From: Octopus vulgaris
Taxonomy: Eukaryota
DNA length: 64,000 nucleotides
Direction: 5' to 3'
Assembly: GCA_951406725.2 (NCBI GenBank)
Contig: OX597814.1
Location: 85,188,001-85,252,000 of the forward strand
This document shows, one piece after another, positions 23,341 through 64,000 of this stretch; the first letter of the stretch is position 1, and each line of letters begins with the position of its first letter. The notes beneath the pieces are model-generated. The model was not told where the DNA came from, ran no database searches, and saw only the letters and a program-made list of their open reading frames with translations. The position numbers and the translations under genes were made by a program.

Positions 23341-23682
23341 TTCTGCTTTTTGCTTCAGTAACCTGGGAAAGTACATCAACTGTCAGTTGGTCATTCATAT
23401 GAATGGAAGCATTGAAATTGAAATACTCTTTATGGAATATGCCTTCTCAAAATGAAAATGGATAATTGCATAATAGTTTGGGTTGTAATATTCCCAAGTC
23501 TACCTCAGCTTCACAACAATTGCTGTTTAATCCTCTACTGGGTCTTTTTATTTGTTGAATTTTATGTTTTTAACTACTGTTTTTTTTCCATCCAAATTAT
23601 ACACAACATTTATTTTTCCCTATAATCACATGCATCACATGAATTCTGCAAATGAATTTTAGCATGAATCGCTGCAGACACA

Positions 23683-24156
<474 letters not shown>

Positions 24157-24399
24157 GTGTAGTTCTTCCAGAAGTTAACACAAACTATATAAGCTACATA
24201 AAGTACTCCAGTTTTATCTTTCCATACTAAATTATCAAAAACTCTCCAGCTGTGACCTTCCCATATAATTAGGTGAGTTTACCTTCTCTACAACACAACA
24301 CCTGTTTCTGTCCCTCCATCATACTATAACCTCTCATCACCTGGCACAAAGTCATCTCCCTCAATACTATCCCACCTCAGTTGAGGGGTTATGTCTTGC

Positions 24400-24620
24400 A
24401 AATTACTTGATGACCTTACTGGTGCTGCTGCCATATCAAACACACCTTGTACACTCAGTAAAGTGCATGGCATTATGAAGAGCAACCAGGCCATAGAACC
24501 ATGCCAAAGTAGACAATAGAGCTTGGTGTAATCCTCTGGCTCACCAGCTCCTGTCAAACCATCCAACCCATGCCAACATGGAAAACAACTGTTAAATGGT
24601 GATGATATAGGCGATGATGA
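24400..24620 (+). mobile_element. RTE 3'-tail fragment
   Basis: aaaccatccaacccatgccaacatggaaaacaactgttaaatggtgatgat. Confidence 0.7.
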
Positions 24621-24925
24621 TTTTCAATGTGTCTTTTCAATATTTAAGATGGTAGGCTGTGATGTGAATGTGTGCTTACTATTTCTAGAGGGTTGAGTGA
24701 CTATACAGAAGTGCCTACATTCATATATGTGTGTGCAAGTTTTATGCTACGGAACTCCAACCTTACTCATCTTCTGCATTAGCTAAAATCTTTATTTCCA
24801 GCTCTTGATCACTTACAGTTGACCAACATGTTTTTTCTGTGACAAATTCTCAGAGTTCAACAACTCTTCAATAGTCTTTTATTCAAGCATAGTGTATCCC
24901 AAACTGCATTTTAGATATTCCCTCC

Positions 24926-24967
<42 letters not shown>

Positions 24968-25584
24968 GTGTTTGTGCGTGCTTGTGTGCATTTATGCTTA
25001 CACTAGAGTACTTGAGCCATCAATAATGGAGCTATTGTTGAAAAATGAACTTGATGAAACTTGCTTAAGAGAGTAAGTGGATGCAAATAAAAATGCCAAA
25101 ATAACAGGGAAAAAAATAAGAAAATTATATTTATCTTCCCCACATATTATACAGATTAGATTACTTTTAATATATACAATGTTATAGGCAATGATTCATT
25201 CATGTGTCAACACACGCACACACACACATTAGCTGTAAAGCTACATAACTCAAGGGCCAAGAATTTTATGTGTTGCACTTACTAAAAACTTTCTGTGATG
25301 TGTTTATATTAAGCATGAAACACAATAGCAGATAGACAAACATGAATGTGTGCGTGTGTGTGAGGGTGGTGCTGAATAGTTCCTAGCTTGCGGTAAAAGA
25401 AAATACAGAAGGAGCAGTTAATTATGATTTTTTCAACAAATTACTCTCCCAAATTCACACTTATTTCTGTTGTCCTTCAGTTTTTCTAAGCCCTGTCAAA
25501 GAACTAAGAAGATTGGGCCACCAACCAGGTTTTTTGCAATGTCCTTAATGTCAAGAACTTACACGCACATGTACACACACGGCA

Positions 25585-25728
25585 GTAACTTCCGCCTGCC
25601 GAATTCAATCACAAAGCTTCGGTCGGCTCGGGGCTATAGTGGAAGACACCTACCCAAAGTGCCACGCAGTGGGACTGAACCCGAAACCATGTAGCTAGGA
25701 AGCACGCTCCCTAACCACACAGCCATGC
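25585..25728 (-). mobile_element. SINE family A, 5' half
   Basis: gtgccacgcagtgggactgaacccgaaaccatgt...aaccacacagccatgc. Confidence 0.75.
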
Positions 25729-26629
25729 ACAAAACAAAAAACTAAAGTAAAGCAGTATCTACTCAGTGAAATCCACCAAGCAATTAAGGTACTGTACTCT
25801 GAAAACTAAGGTCATTAATTCAAATCCACTGCATTTGTTATTTGTTTCACTTGTGTTTCTGGCAGGAACACTTTATCAAACACACATTCATTTTATCAGC
25901 CAATTATTTTGAAACGATTACAAAGAGCCAATATCTTATCTCCACAATAGAATTCCTGATCAGTAATTCTTGCAGGTGACAATCTGGTCAAGTAGTTTGG
26001 CATCAGACTGTTTACTTTGTAGTATTTGTTCTAACTCTCTGGACAGTGAGTTCATATAACACTAAGGTCAACCTTGACTTTTATCCTTTTTGGCATCAAT
26101 AAATAATGTACCAGTCATGTACTGGAATCAATTTGGAGGCAGTAAGACACCACCAGATCTAAAAATGCCAAAAAAAATATATGACCAGTGACATGGCTAG
26201 AGTGTGGGCTCCTCAGGGCAACCCTTGAGTTCATGCCTCACCTCCTTGTACTGACTTATACAGCAGGCTACAAAGTACCATTCCCCCATAAAAGCATTGC
26301 TTGGGGCAGACCACCCTCATTGCCCTACCTCCCCACCAGCTAAGCTAGTGCACATGTCACAACAATACTCTTAAGACTCCTTCAAGATTTGAAGCCCCAT
26401 AGCTTTAACTATGGCCAATTCTCCAGGGACAGATTCATCTTTTATTTGCTTAAAATCTTGAATACCTTAGAACCCACCAGGACTTAAAACAAAGTTACAC
26501 TTCATCACAAACATAGTCTATTTTTGTTTTCTATTCATTAACATGAGGTGAAGGGGTGGTACAAAATGTCTTTTTTACATGCATTCCAAGATTGGTTACA
26601 TCAGGGTAACAGGGTGAAGTTAATATGGT

Positions 26630-26846
26630 TTAACTCTTCTGATACCACCCCTGGTTGAATTATGCAAACTTCCTGATTAAAAGTAATCTAAGTTAAAAAT
26701 CTTCCATCAAATTTTCATGTTAATTTATATTCATAACACCAGTTTAATAATGACAAAGGTATTATACTAAATTCTTCATTGTTTTGAAAAATAATTGAAA
26801 TAAAGACAATGTATTTCAATAAAAATATAGTAAACAAAAGGCTTAA
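26630..26846. mobile_element. TTAA-bounded MITE, type 1
   Basis: ttaactcttctgatacc ... aaatatagtaaacaaaaggcttaa; similar to 17132-17328. Confidence 0.6.
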
Positions 26847-26914
26847 TATCCTGAGTGAAATGATTTTGATGTCTCCGAAGGCAAGGAAGTTACAGAAGTT
26901 GTAGATACCTTTGA

Positions 26915-27055
26915 CTTGTTTTAGTCATGAGACTGTGGCCATGCTAGAGCACCGCCTTGAAGAACTTTTAGTCTACTGAATTGACCCCAGTACTTATTTT
27001 TTTTCTTATAAGCCAGATACTTATTCTATCAGTCTCTTTTGCTGAACTGCTAATT

Positions 27056-27102
<47 letters not shown>

Positions 27103-27128
27103 GCACACACACACACACACATACATAC

Positions 27129-27183
<55 letters not shown>

Positions 27184-27334
27184 TACATACACACACACAC
27201 ACATATATATATATAACAGGCTCCTTTCAGTTTCCGCCTACCAAATCCACTCACAAGGTTTTGGTCAGCCCCAAGGCTATCCCTGATCAACCAATACCTT
27301 GAGAGTGAATTTGGTAAATGAAAATTGCATGGAA

Positions 27335-27378
<44 letters not shown>

Positions 27379-27600
27379 TGTGTGTGTGTATTTGCATGCA
27401 TGCATGTCTTTGTTCTACGTACACACTGTTGGATAATCACTGTTGATTTCTTTACATCCCTATAACTCAGGATTTCAGCAAAAGAAAATAAAAGAACAAG
27501 TGCAAGACTTGAAAATAGATATCAGGGTTGGCTTGTTTGACTAAACCCTTCAAGGTGGTGTCCCAGCTTGGTTGCAGCCCAATGACAGAAACAAGTTAAA
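26915..27600. mobile_element. Inverted pair of 5'-truncated family A SINEs (26915-27281 minus, 27282-27600 plus)
   Basis: Tail agtcatgagactgtggccatgctagagcaccgcc on the minus strand; tail ggtgtcccagcttggttgcagcccaatgacagaaac on the plus strand. Confidence 0.75.
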
Positions 27601-27644
27601 GATATCTATTATATAATTTTTTTTATTACGTGGCAGCAGAATTG

Positions 27645-27820
27645 ATTAGTGCTGGTGCCATATAAAAAGCACCCAGTACACTCTGTGGAGCGGTTGGCAT
27701 TAGGAAGCATATCCAGTCATAGAAACCATGTCAGAAAGACAATGGAGCCTGATGCAACCCCTGGCCTTACCAGCTCCAGTTCTGGGTAAACTGTCAAACC
27801 CACACCAGCATGGAAAATGG
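27645..27820 (+). mobile_element. RTE 3'-tail fragment
   Basis: ggttggcattaggaagcatatccag...aaacccacaccagcatggaaaatgg. Confidence 0.7.
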
Positions 27821-27960
27821 AGGGAGGGAGGGAGGGAGGGAGGGAGGGAGGGAGGGAGGGAGGGAGGGATGGATGGATGGATGGATGGATGGATGGGTGG
27901 GTGGGTGGGTAGGTAGGTAGGCAGGTAGATAGACAGATAGGTAGGCAGGGAGGTAGACAG
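27820..27960 (+). repeat. Compound tetranucleotide repeat (GGGA)n(GGAT)n(GGGT)n(AGGT)n
   Basis: Seen directly. Confidence 0.95.
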
Positions 27961-28631
27961 GTTAGAGAAGGAAACTTTTTAATGAAGCAGGATTATTAAA
28001 TCAAGCAATTTAAGATATTGACATAAAGGCATTTTCAGAAAAACGAACTTCTAAGATTACTGGAATTCCATTTTCATCTAAATTTCAGCAGGATGACTTA
28101 TAAACTTATGAATCTATAACATATAATGTAATGAAAGTTTTGATTAGTGTCATATTTTTATATTATAAAATATTTTATATTTATTCTGTCAACAAATAAT
28201 ACCTATATCAAACTGCTTACTTTCATATCATGTACAGGCAACAAATTGACACGAAAAAAATTTGACTCAGTAATTTCCACTTTCAAACAGAAATATTTCT
28301 ACTACAGACTTATGTTAATTCTTCCAAACTAACTGCTAAATTATAAAGTAGGAAGTTCTAAGCAAGCAGCTTATTACCAATGAAGACGATTATATAATGA
28401 ACCAGTATTATTATTTATTAAAGGGTAGATTTAAAACAAAAAATACAAACCTAGACTAACCAATCATCAGTAAATGGCTTAAAGCTTACAAAGCAAGAAG
28501 AAAGAAGAAGGACAAACTAATGAGGTAGGAACATAAGATAAAAAGGAAAAAAATGTTTCCTTTAAACCATTTACAATAGAGAAAATAGCTTTAAAAAAAT
28601 ATGTACGTTTGTGTGTGTGTATGTATGTATG

Positions 28632-28722
<91 letters not shown>

Positions 28723-28979
28723 CACATATACACATAAACACATGCATACACAAATACACACATATATACATGTACACACACATATATATATGTATGTATG
28801 TATATGTGTGTATGCATATGTGTGTGTATGCTTGTGTGTGTGTGTGTGTGTGTGTGTGTAATCGTTGACATCATAAGAATTTAGAAACTTCAAGAGGATG
28901 TGAAATAATCTTTATTTCACATTCTCATAAAAGTTTATGAAATTTTTATGACATGAATAACATACAAGATGAAGATTGA

Positions 28980-29889
28980 ATAGGATGTCCATTTGAATTT
29001 GATGATAAGCTCCTCGAGGTATTACTTGAAGAAAATCCTGCATTATCAGTTGAAGAATTGGCAATAAAGTTTAGTTCAAACCATACAACAGTTTATCGTC
29101 ATCTTCAACAACTTGGAAAGGTTCCTGTATTTGGAAAACGGGTGCCTCATGAATTATCTGAAAGCAACCACAAATCCCGAGTCGACATCTGCTCTTCTCT
29201 CCATTCTTGTGAACACATTTCACCCTTTTTGGATAGACTTGTGACTGGTGATGCAAAATGGGTCTTCTATCAAAATGTTAAATGTCATAAACGGTGGCTT
29301 GGTAAAAGGGAAAAAGCTCAACCACAACCGAGAAGGGAACTTCATCGGAAAAAGGTTCTCTCTATCAGGTGGGATTGCAAAGAAGTAATTCACCTTGAAT
29401 TGTTACCACCTAAAGCAACAATCAATGCTCAAGTCTACAGTCAGCAATTAGAGTGTTTGAACCAAGCTTTGAAGAAAAAAAAGACCCACTTTAGTGAATT
29501 GAAAAGGAGTGATGTTTTATCAGGACAATGCACGACCCCACACTACAAAGATCATATCACAGAAGATTGGAGAGCTTGGTTGGGAAAAAATTCCTCATCC
29601 ACCTTATTCTCCTGACCTTGCTCCTTCAGACTACCATTTGTTTTGTAGTTTACAGAATCATTTGGGGGACATAACTTTCGCAAGCCAGGAGGAGGCTGAC
29701 ATTTCAGAGTTGTTCACTTTGAAACCAAGAGTTTTACATTGATGGGATTGAAAAGCTTGTAAATGGATGGAAGAAAATCATAGATAATCAGGGAAAGTAC
29801 ATTGATGATTAAATTTCAATTAAATATAACATTTGATCACTTGTTTTCTTTATTCAAAATTTGGACAGAACTTATGGGATGACCTGATA
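28980..29889 (+). pseudogene. mariner (DD34D) transposase remnant with right TIR; 5' end lost
   Basis: RVPHEL, LVTGDAKW, QDNARPH, HPPYSPDLAPSDYHLF; frameshift in the A-run near 29475; end gaacttatgggatgacctgata|TA. Confidence 0.92.
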
Positions 29890-29910
29890 TATATACATAT
29901 ATATCTATGA

Positions 29911-30227
29911 AGGCACATGGCTTAGTGGTTAAAGCATCGGGCTCACAATCATGAGGCGGTGAGTTTGATTCCCAGACCGGGTTATGTGGTGTTCTTGAGC
30001 AAGACACTTATTTCACGTTGCTCCAGTTCACTCATTTCTACATCACTAGTGCCAAGTTGTATTGGCCTTTGCCTTTCCCTTGGATAATATCTGGGCATGG
30101 AGAGGGGAGACTGGTATGCATGGGCAACTGCTGGTCTTCCATAAACAACCTTACCCAGACTTGTGCCTTGGAGGGGAACTTTCTAGGAGCAATCCCATGA
30201 TCATTCATGACTGAAGGGGGGATCTTT
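29911..30227 (+). mobile_element. SINE family C
   Basis: ggcacatggcttagtggttaaagc...gagtttgattccc...catgactgaagggggg. Confidence 0.85.
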
Positions 30228-30233
30228 ACCCTT

Positions 30234-59850
<29,617 letters not shown>

Positions 59851-59950
59851 NNNNNNNNNNNNNNNNNNNNNNNNNNNNNNNNNNNNNNNNNNNNNNNNNN
59901 NNNNNNNNNNNNNNNNNNNNNNNNNNNNNNNNNNNNNNNNNNNNNNNNNN
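59851..59950. other. Assembly gap (100 N)
   Basis: Run of N. Confidence 1.
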
Positions 59951-60089
59951 TATATATTAATAAAAAGAATTCCAACCTTGTCTGATTTTCACGTTTTATT
60001 TACAATCTTATAATGATATATTATAAGATAATATATTATAATTGAATAAAATAAAATGAAATAGTAGAATGTTAAATATTCATTCTGAT

Positions 60090-60134
60090 TGAACTAGTAC
60101 TTTCATGCATTGAATTCTGCAATCTTCGGGTTCA
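60090..60134 (-). ncRNA. Minimal hammerhead ribozyme in the Penelope 3' end (U4C core variant)
   Basis: Minus strand: tgaac-CCGAAGA-ttgca gaattcaa tgcat-GAAA-gtac-TA-gttca; 5-bp stem I, palindromic stem III. Confidence 0.65.
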
Positions 60135-60197
60135 TGTAGTAGTGTTGACAGTCATGCTTCACAATTTTTGACTGTAGCAAGATGAGTGATTCTGTGC

Positions 60198-60311
60198 TAT
60201 AAATACAGCTGGGTAGGCTCCAGAGTGCTAGGTTTTGCAAACTGTATTCTGACCAATCAGTGTGTAGTATCACTCAATTACTTAAGCTGATTGGTTGGTT
60301 GAGCTGATTGG
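60198..60311 (-). promoter_or_regulatory. Putative pseudo-LTR Pol II promoter: three CCAAT boxes followed by TATTTATA
   Basis: CCAATCAG motifs at 60307-60311, 60290-60294 and 60253-60257 (opposite orientation); TATA-like at 60198-60205, ~65 nt upstream of the hammerhead. Confidence 0.45.
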
Positions 60312-60628
60312 TTTAGGCATCACGCTTTGTTGGACAGGTCAAGAGTCCTGTATCTTGACCCTGGCCGAAGCAGCAATTGTTGGGTTATTTTTAGAAATGT
60401 TGTAAATATCCTTTGTCAGAGATTTTTATATTTTTATATTTCAATTGTCATCATCATCATTGTCAGCACCTTAATTATTGTTGCTAGTGGTGATGGTGGT
60501 GGCAATAGAACTTTTAACCCTAAATAAGATAATTTTCCTGCTATCTTCGTCTTGATCACCTTTAGTATTGTTGTTGTTGTTAGTGGTCATGGTCGTAGCA
60601 GTGGAAGTAATACCTCTAAGTATTATTA

Positions 60629-62435
60629 TTATTGCTTATTTAGCTTGGGTTCGAATTTATCAATAAAATTCTTTTCTCTGATTTTCCTCTCGATTTCACT
60701 TGGGCTGTGTAATTTGTAGAATGGAAATATTATATATATTTTCCGACCACATGTTGCTAGGTGGTTACTCAAAGGTATCTGACGGACCTCTGGGTCTCTA
60801 ATCTGTTGCCGGTGTACACGTGAGCGTTCTAATAGTGCGTTTCCCGTCTGACCTACATATATTTCTTCACAATTTGGGCATTTGATGCAGTAAATTAAAT
60901 TTCTGCTTTTGCAGTTCATATTCGCGTTTGTGAATATTTTCCCGGTTTTTGTGTTTATATATTGACCGGTATGTATGAATTGGCATGTGCCACATCGGCT
61001 ATCATTGCATTTAGATACCGTGAATGTTTGGTCTTTGTTGCTGAGGTCAAATTTTGCCTTTGTTAGTAATGTTTTCAAGTTTTTAGGCTGTCTTTTACTA
61101 AGCACCATAGCTCGATCCTTGATTATGTCTTTTAATTCATTACTTTGGGCAATGATTGGAAGGTTTGCTTTGGCAATGTTGAAGATATTCTGGTGACATG
61201 GGTTGTGTGTCACTATGAATGGTATGACTTGTTCTTGTTTTCCTCTTCCTTGGGTTGTCCTAAGTTGTTGTATAGGTATTTTTATAGCCCGCTGTATGCC
61301 ATTTTCTATAAGTAGAGATGGGTATTTTTGTTTGAGCAAAAATTCTCTTAGTTCTATTAGGCGTTTGTTCCTGATATTTGCATCTTCTACAATAGTACAA
61401 ATTCTTCTGGCTAGGCAGTATGGGATGTTACGTTTTGTATGTGGTGGATGGCACGACTTAAAATTTAGGTATTGATGTGTGTCTGTGTGTTTATAGTATA
61501 TATCTGTGGTGATGGTGGTGTCTTTTTTAATTACCATTATATCCAGGAATGGTAATTTGGTACTACTCATCTCCTTTGTAAATTTGAGAGATGGGTGTAG
61601 GTTGTTCAGGAGGATATTGAACTCTTCCAGAGTATTTAGAGATTCTGTCCAGATTATGAAACAGTCGTCTAGGTATCTCTTCCATGCCTTTTCAATATAC
61701 TTTCTAAATCCAGTGCCATAGTTTACCTCCACCTCTTGGTAGAGTTGTTCTTCTAAGTATCCCATTACAGAGTTGGCGTAAACGGGAGCAAACCTCGTTC
61801 CCATCGCCGTGCCTCTAATTTGGATGTAATTCTTTCCATTGAAGAAGAATGTGTTATTTTCTAGAATAAGTTTGACTGTGTCTAATATAAATGGCACTGT
61901 GAATCTGCTGGGAATCACTTCTCTATGTTTTTCTAACCAGTATTTAATCGCCTTTATTCCTAAATCGTGTGGAATATTGGTGTAGAGGCTTACCACATCA
62001 AAACTTAGCAAAACTGAATTTGTTTCTGTTGTTTTGGGAAGATGGGACAGGAAGTCGATGTCATCCCTGATGAAACTTGGTATGTAAGTACATAGTGGTT
62101 TCAAAACAATGTCAATAAAATTGCTTAGACGGTGTGTAGGGCATGCTGGACCAGCTATAATAGGTCTAAGTTTTAGGTCTTTTGGATGTAATAATTTTAT
62201 GTACTCACTTTCTTGTTCTTTTACTGCCTGTTGAATGTTTTTTTGATTTGTGTATTTTTGGTAAGCCGTAGAAGTTGCTGGGTTTTGGTTCAAAATTGGT
62301 GATGTAGTCTTTTTCATTATCCGTAAGTGAGTTGTGGTGTGTTGAAATCAGGTTGTTGATCTTTTTCATGATGTGGTGGTCTATATTTGCGGGTATTTCA
62401 CAATAGAAGGTTGTATCCTTCAGTTGGTATCCTTC
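60629..62435 (-). CDS. Penelope-like RT + Cys-rich linker + GIY-YIG endonuclease (one frameshift in an A-run near 62240)
   Basis: FYGLPKIHK, LRPII, SFDVVSLYTNIP, GTAMGTRFAP, RYLDD, PFLDI, linker CNDSRCGTC, endonuclease NLIYCIKCPNCEEIYVGQTG...R...H...H. Confidence 0.92.
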
Positions 62436-62451
62436 ATATATATATATATAT

Positions 62452-63088
62452 ATACACAAATTAGTAAATAAATGGCACAACTAAGTACCGATATTTACTG
62501 GAAATAGCGAACGTAAAAATACGACGCTAATGTGTAGCTTCACCGCGTATGTATTAGCAAAAATGCGTGTGTGCAACAAACTAGAGCAAAAAAACGTCTT
62601 ACCTCCAGGGAGAACATCTGAAAGATGAAACACCAGGAAAAGGATAATGTGTGACCTGCAGGTTTCAGGTTTTACAAGATATGTCTCTCACCCATATTTT
62701 GTTTTACCTTCATCAGCCAAGCATATACCAAGACGAAATCTACGATGTTACCACATTAATACTATCACACTCGACTGAAATGCGGAACGCTAACAGCACG
62801 AGAAACGGTGAAGAAGTTTCAAAATATCAGTAATGCAATACAAAGTATCGCCTTCCAGTAAAAAGTAGCCCGTGAGGGAAAAATACACAAATTAGTAAAT
62901 AAATGGCACAACTAAGTACCGATATTTACTGGAAATAGCGAGCGTAAAAATACGACGCTAATGTGTAGCTTCACCGCGTATGTATTAGCAAAAATGCGTG
63001 TGTGCAACAAACTAGAGCAAAAAAACGTCTTACCTCCAGGGAGAACATCTGAAAGATGAAACACCCGGAAAAGGATAATGTGGGACCT
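62452..63088 (-). mobile_element. 431-bp hammerhead-containing tandem unit (~1.5 copies); retrozyme or Penelope pseudo-LTR
   Basis: 62452-62657 repeats almost exactly at 62883-63088; bounded by TA-rich runs. Confidence 0.8.
62650..62719 (-). ncRNA. Minimal hammerhead ribozyme with canonical core
   Basis: Minus strand: tgg-CTGATGA-aggt aaa acaa a atatg[ggtgagaga]catat c ttgt aaa acct-GAAA-cctgcagg-TC-(a/c)ca. Confidence 0.8.
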
Positions 63089-63099
63089 TTTATATATAC

Positions 63100-63296
63100 T
63101 TTCATTCTTGTTTCAGTCATTTGGCTGCGGCCACGCTGGAGCACTGCCTTTAGTCGAACAAATCGACCACAACACTTATTCTTTTTAAGCCGAGTACCTA
63201 TTTTATCGTTCTCTTTTGCCGAATCGCTAAGTTACGGTGCCGTAAACTCACCAGCATCGGTTGTCAAGTGATGGTGAGAGGACATACACACACACA

Positions 63297-63341
<45 letters not shown>

Positions 63342-63503
63342 TGTACATATACGACGGGCTTCTTTCAGTTTCCCTCTACCAAATCCACTCACAAGGCTTT
63401 GATCGGTCCGAGGCTTTAGGAGAAGACACTTGGCCAAGGTGCCACGCAGTAGAACTGAACCTGAAACCATGTGGATCGGGAAGCATGTTTCTTACCACAC
63501 AGC

Positions 63504-63507
<4 letters not shown>
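63100..63507 (-). mobile_element. SINE family A
   Basis: ttcagtcatttggctgcggccacgctggagcactgcc tail; ctgaacctgaaaccatgtgg...accacacagccatg head. Confidence 0.85.
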
Positions 63508-63541
<34 letters not shown>

Positions 63542-64000
63542 TCTAGTGCGTAAAATAGCATCAGAGAAGTTTCTCGTTTCCAGAACCGGAAGATCATCAC
63601 CTGTACAGCAGACCTCATCGATCTTTCAGTCATTGAAGTATCGCACGTAACTGTCTGGCTAGCCGGTGCTGCATTGGGTTGTCCTATTCAATATCTTCTC
63701 CAATGTTGCAGGCCAAATTTTGCGCTATCTCAGACGAGCCAATCTCTACTGCCGCACAAAACCACCTCACACACACACATATACTGTAAGTCAAATCACA
63801 CACACACGTACATGCACACAAGCACTGAGACACATGTATAGATTCGTTACTGCAACTCCTAAGCGAATACATAAAACCTGATTTATGTGTCATGCTCATT
63901 TATATCTCTTTAGAATTCATGTATACTGTTGTGTATACAACATTGATATAGACTAATAAACTAAACATTACTCGTTCATTTGTCATTTATACACACATAC

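Larger units (their letters stand above)
59951..62435 (-). mobile_element. Penelope-like element (Neptune-type), 5'-truncated at a (TA)n run
   Basis: RT plus GIY-YIG ORF, and a 3' region with promoter-like motifs and a hammerhead. Confidence 0.92.

Overview
This is AT-rich, microsatellite-dense eukaryotic DNA. The tRNA-derived SINE families, RTE/CR1 LINEs and huge (TA)n/(AAT)n tracts resemble a coleoid cephalopod (Octopus-like) genome; that assignment is inference. Positions 1-30 kb look like intronic or 3' sequence of an unidentified minus-strand gene: one credible terminal exon at 2645-2846 plus a few weaker micro-exon candidates. This part is packed with SINEs, TTAA-ended MITEs, a 5'-truncated but open RTE LINE with a PHD finger inside its RT domain, and decayed maT and mariner transposons. 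Positions 31.4-59.9 kb are almost entirely simple repeat, with one CR1-like LINE embedded and a 100-N gap at the end. After the gap lies a near-intact Penelope-like (Neptune-type) RT/GIY-YIG element. The most notable hidden signal is a set of minimal hammerhead-ribozyme motifs in four different (TA)n-associated modules: the Penelope 3' end, a 431-bp tandem unit whose end falls next to the predicted cleavage site, a direct+inverted triple module forming a ~465-bp palindrome, and a short dispersed element. Together they suggest a microsatellite-associated Penelope/retrozyme system. The very long ORFs in the ORF track are simple-repeat artefacts.
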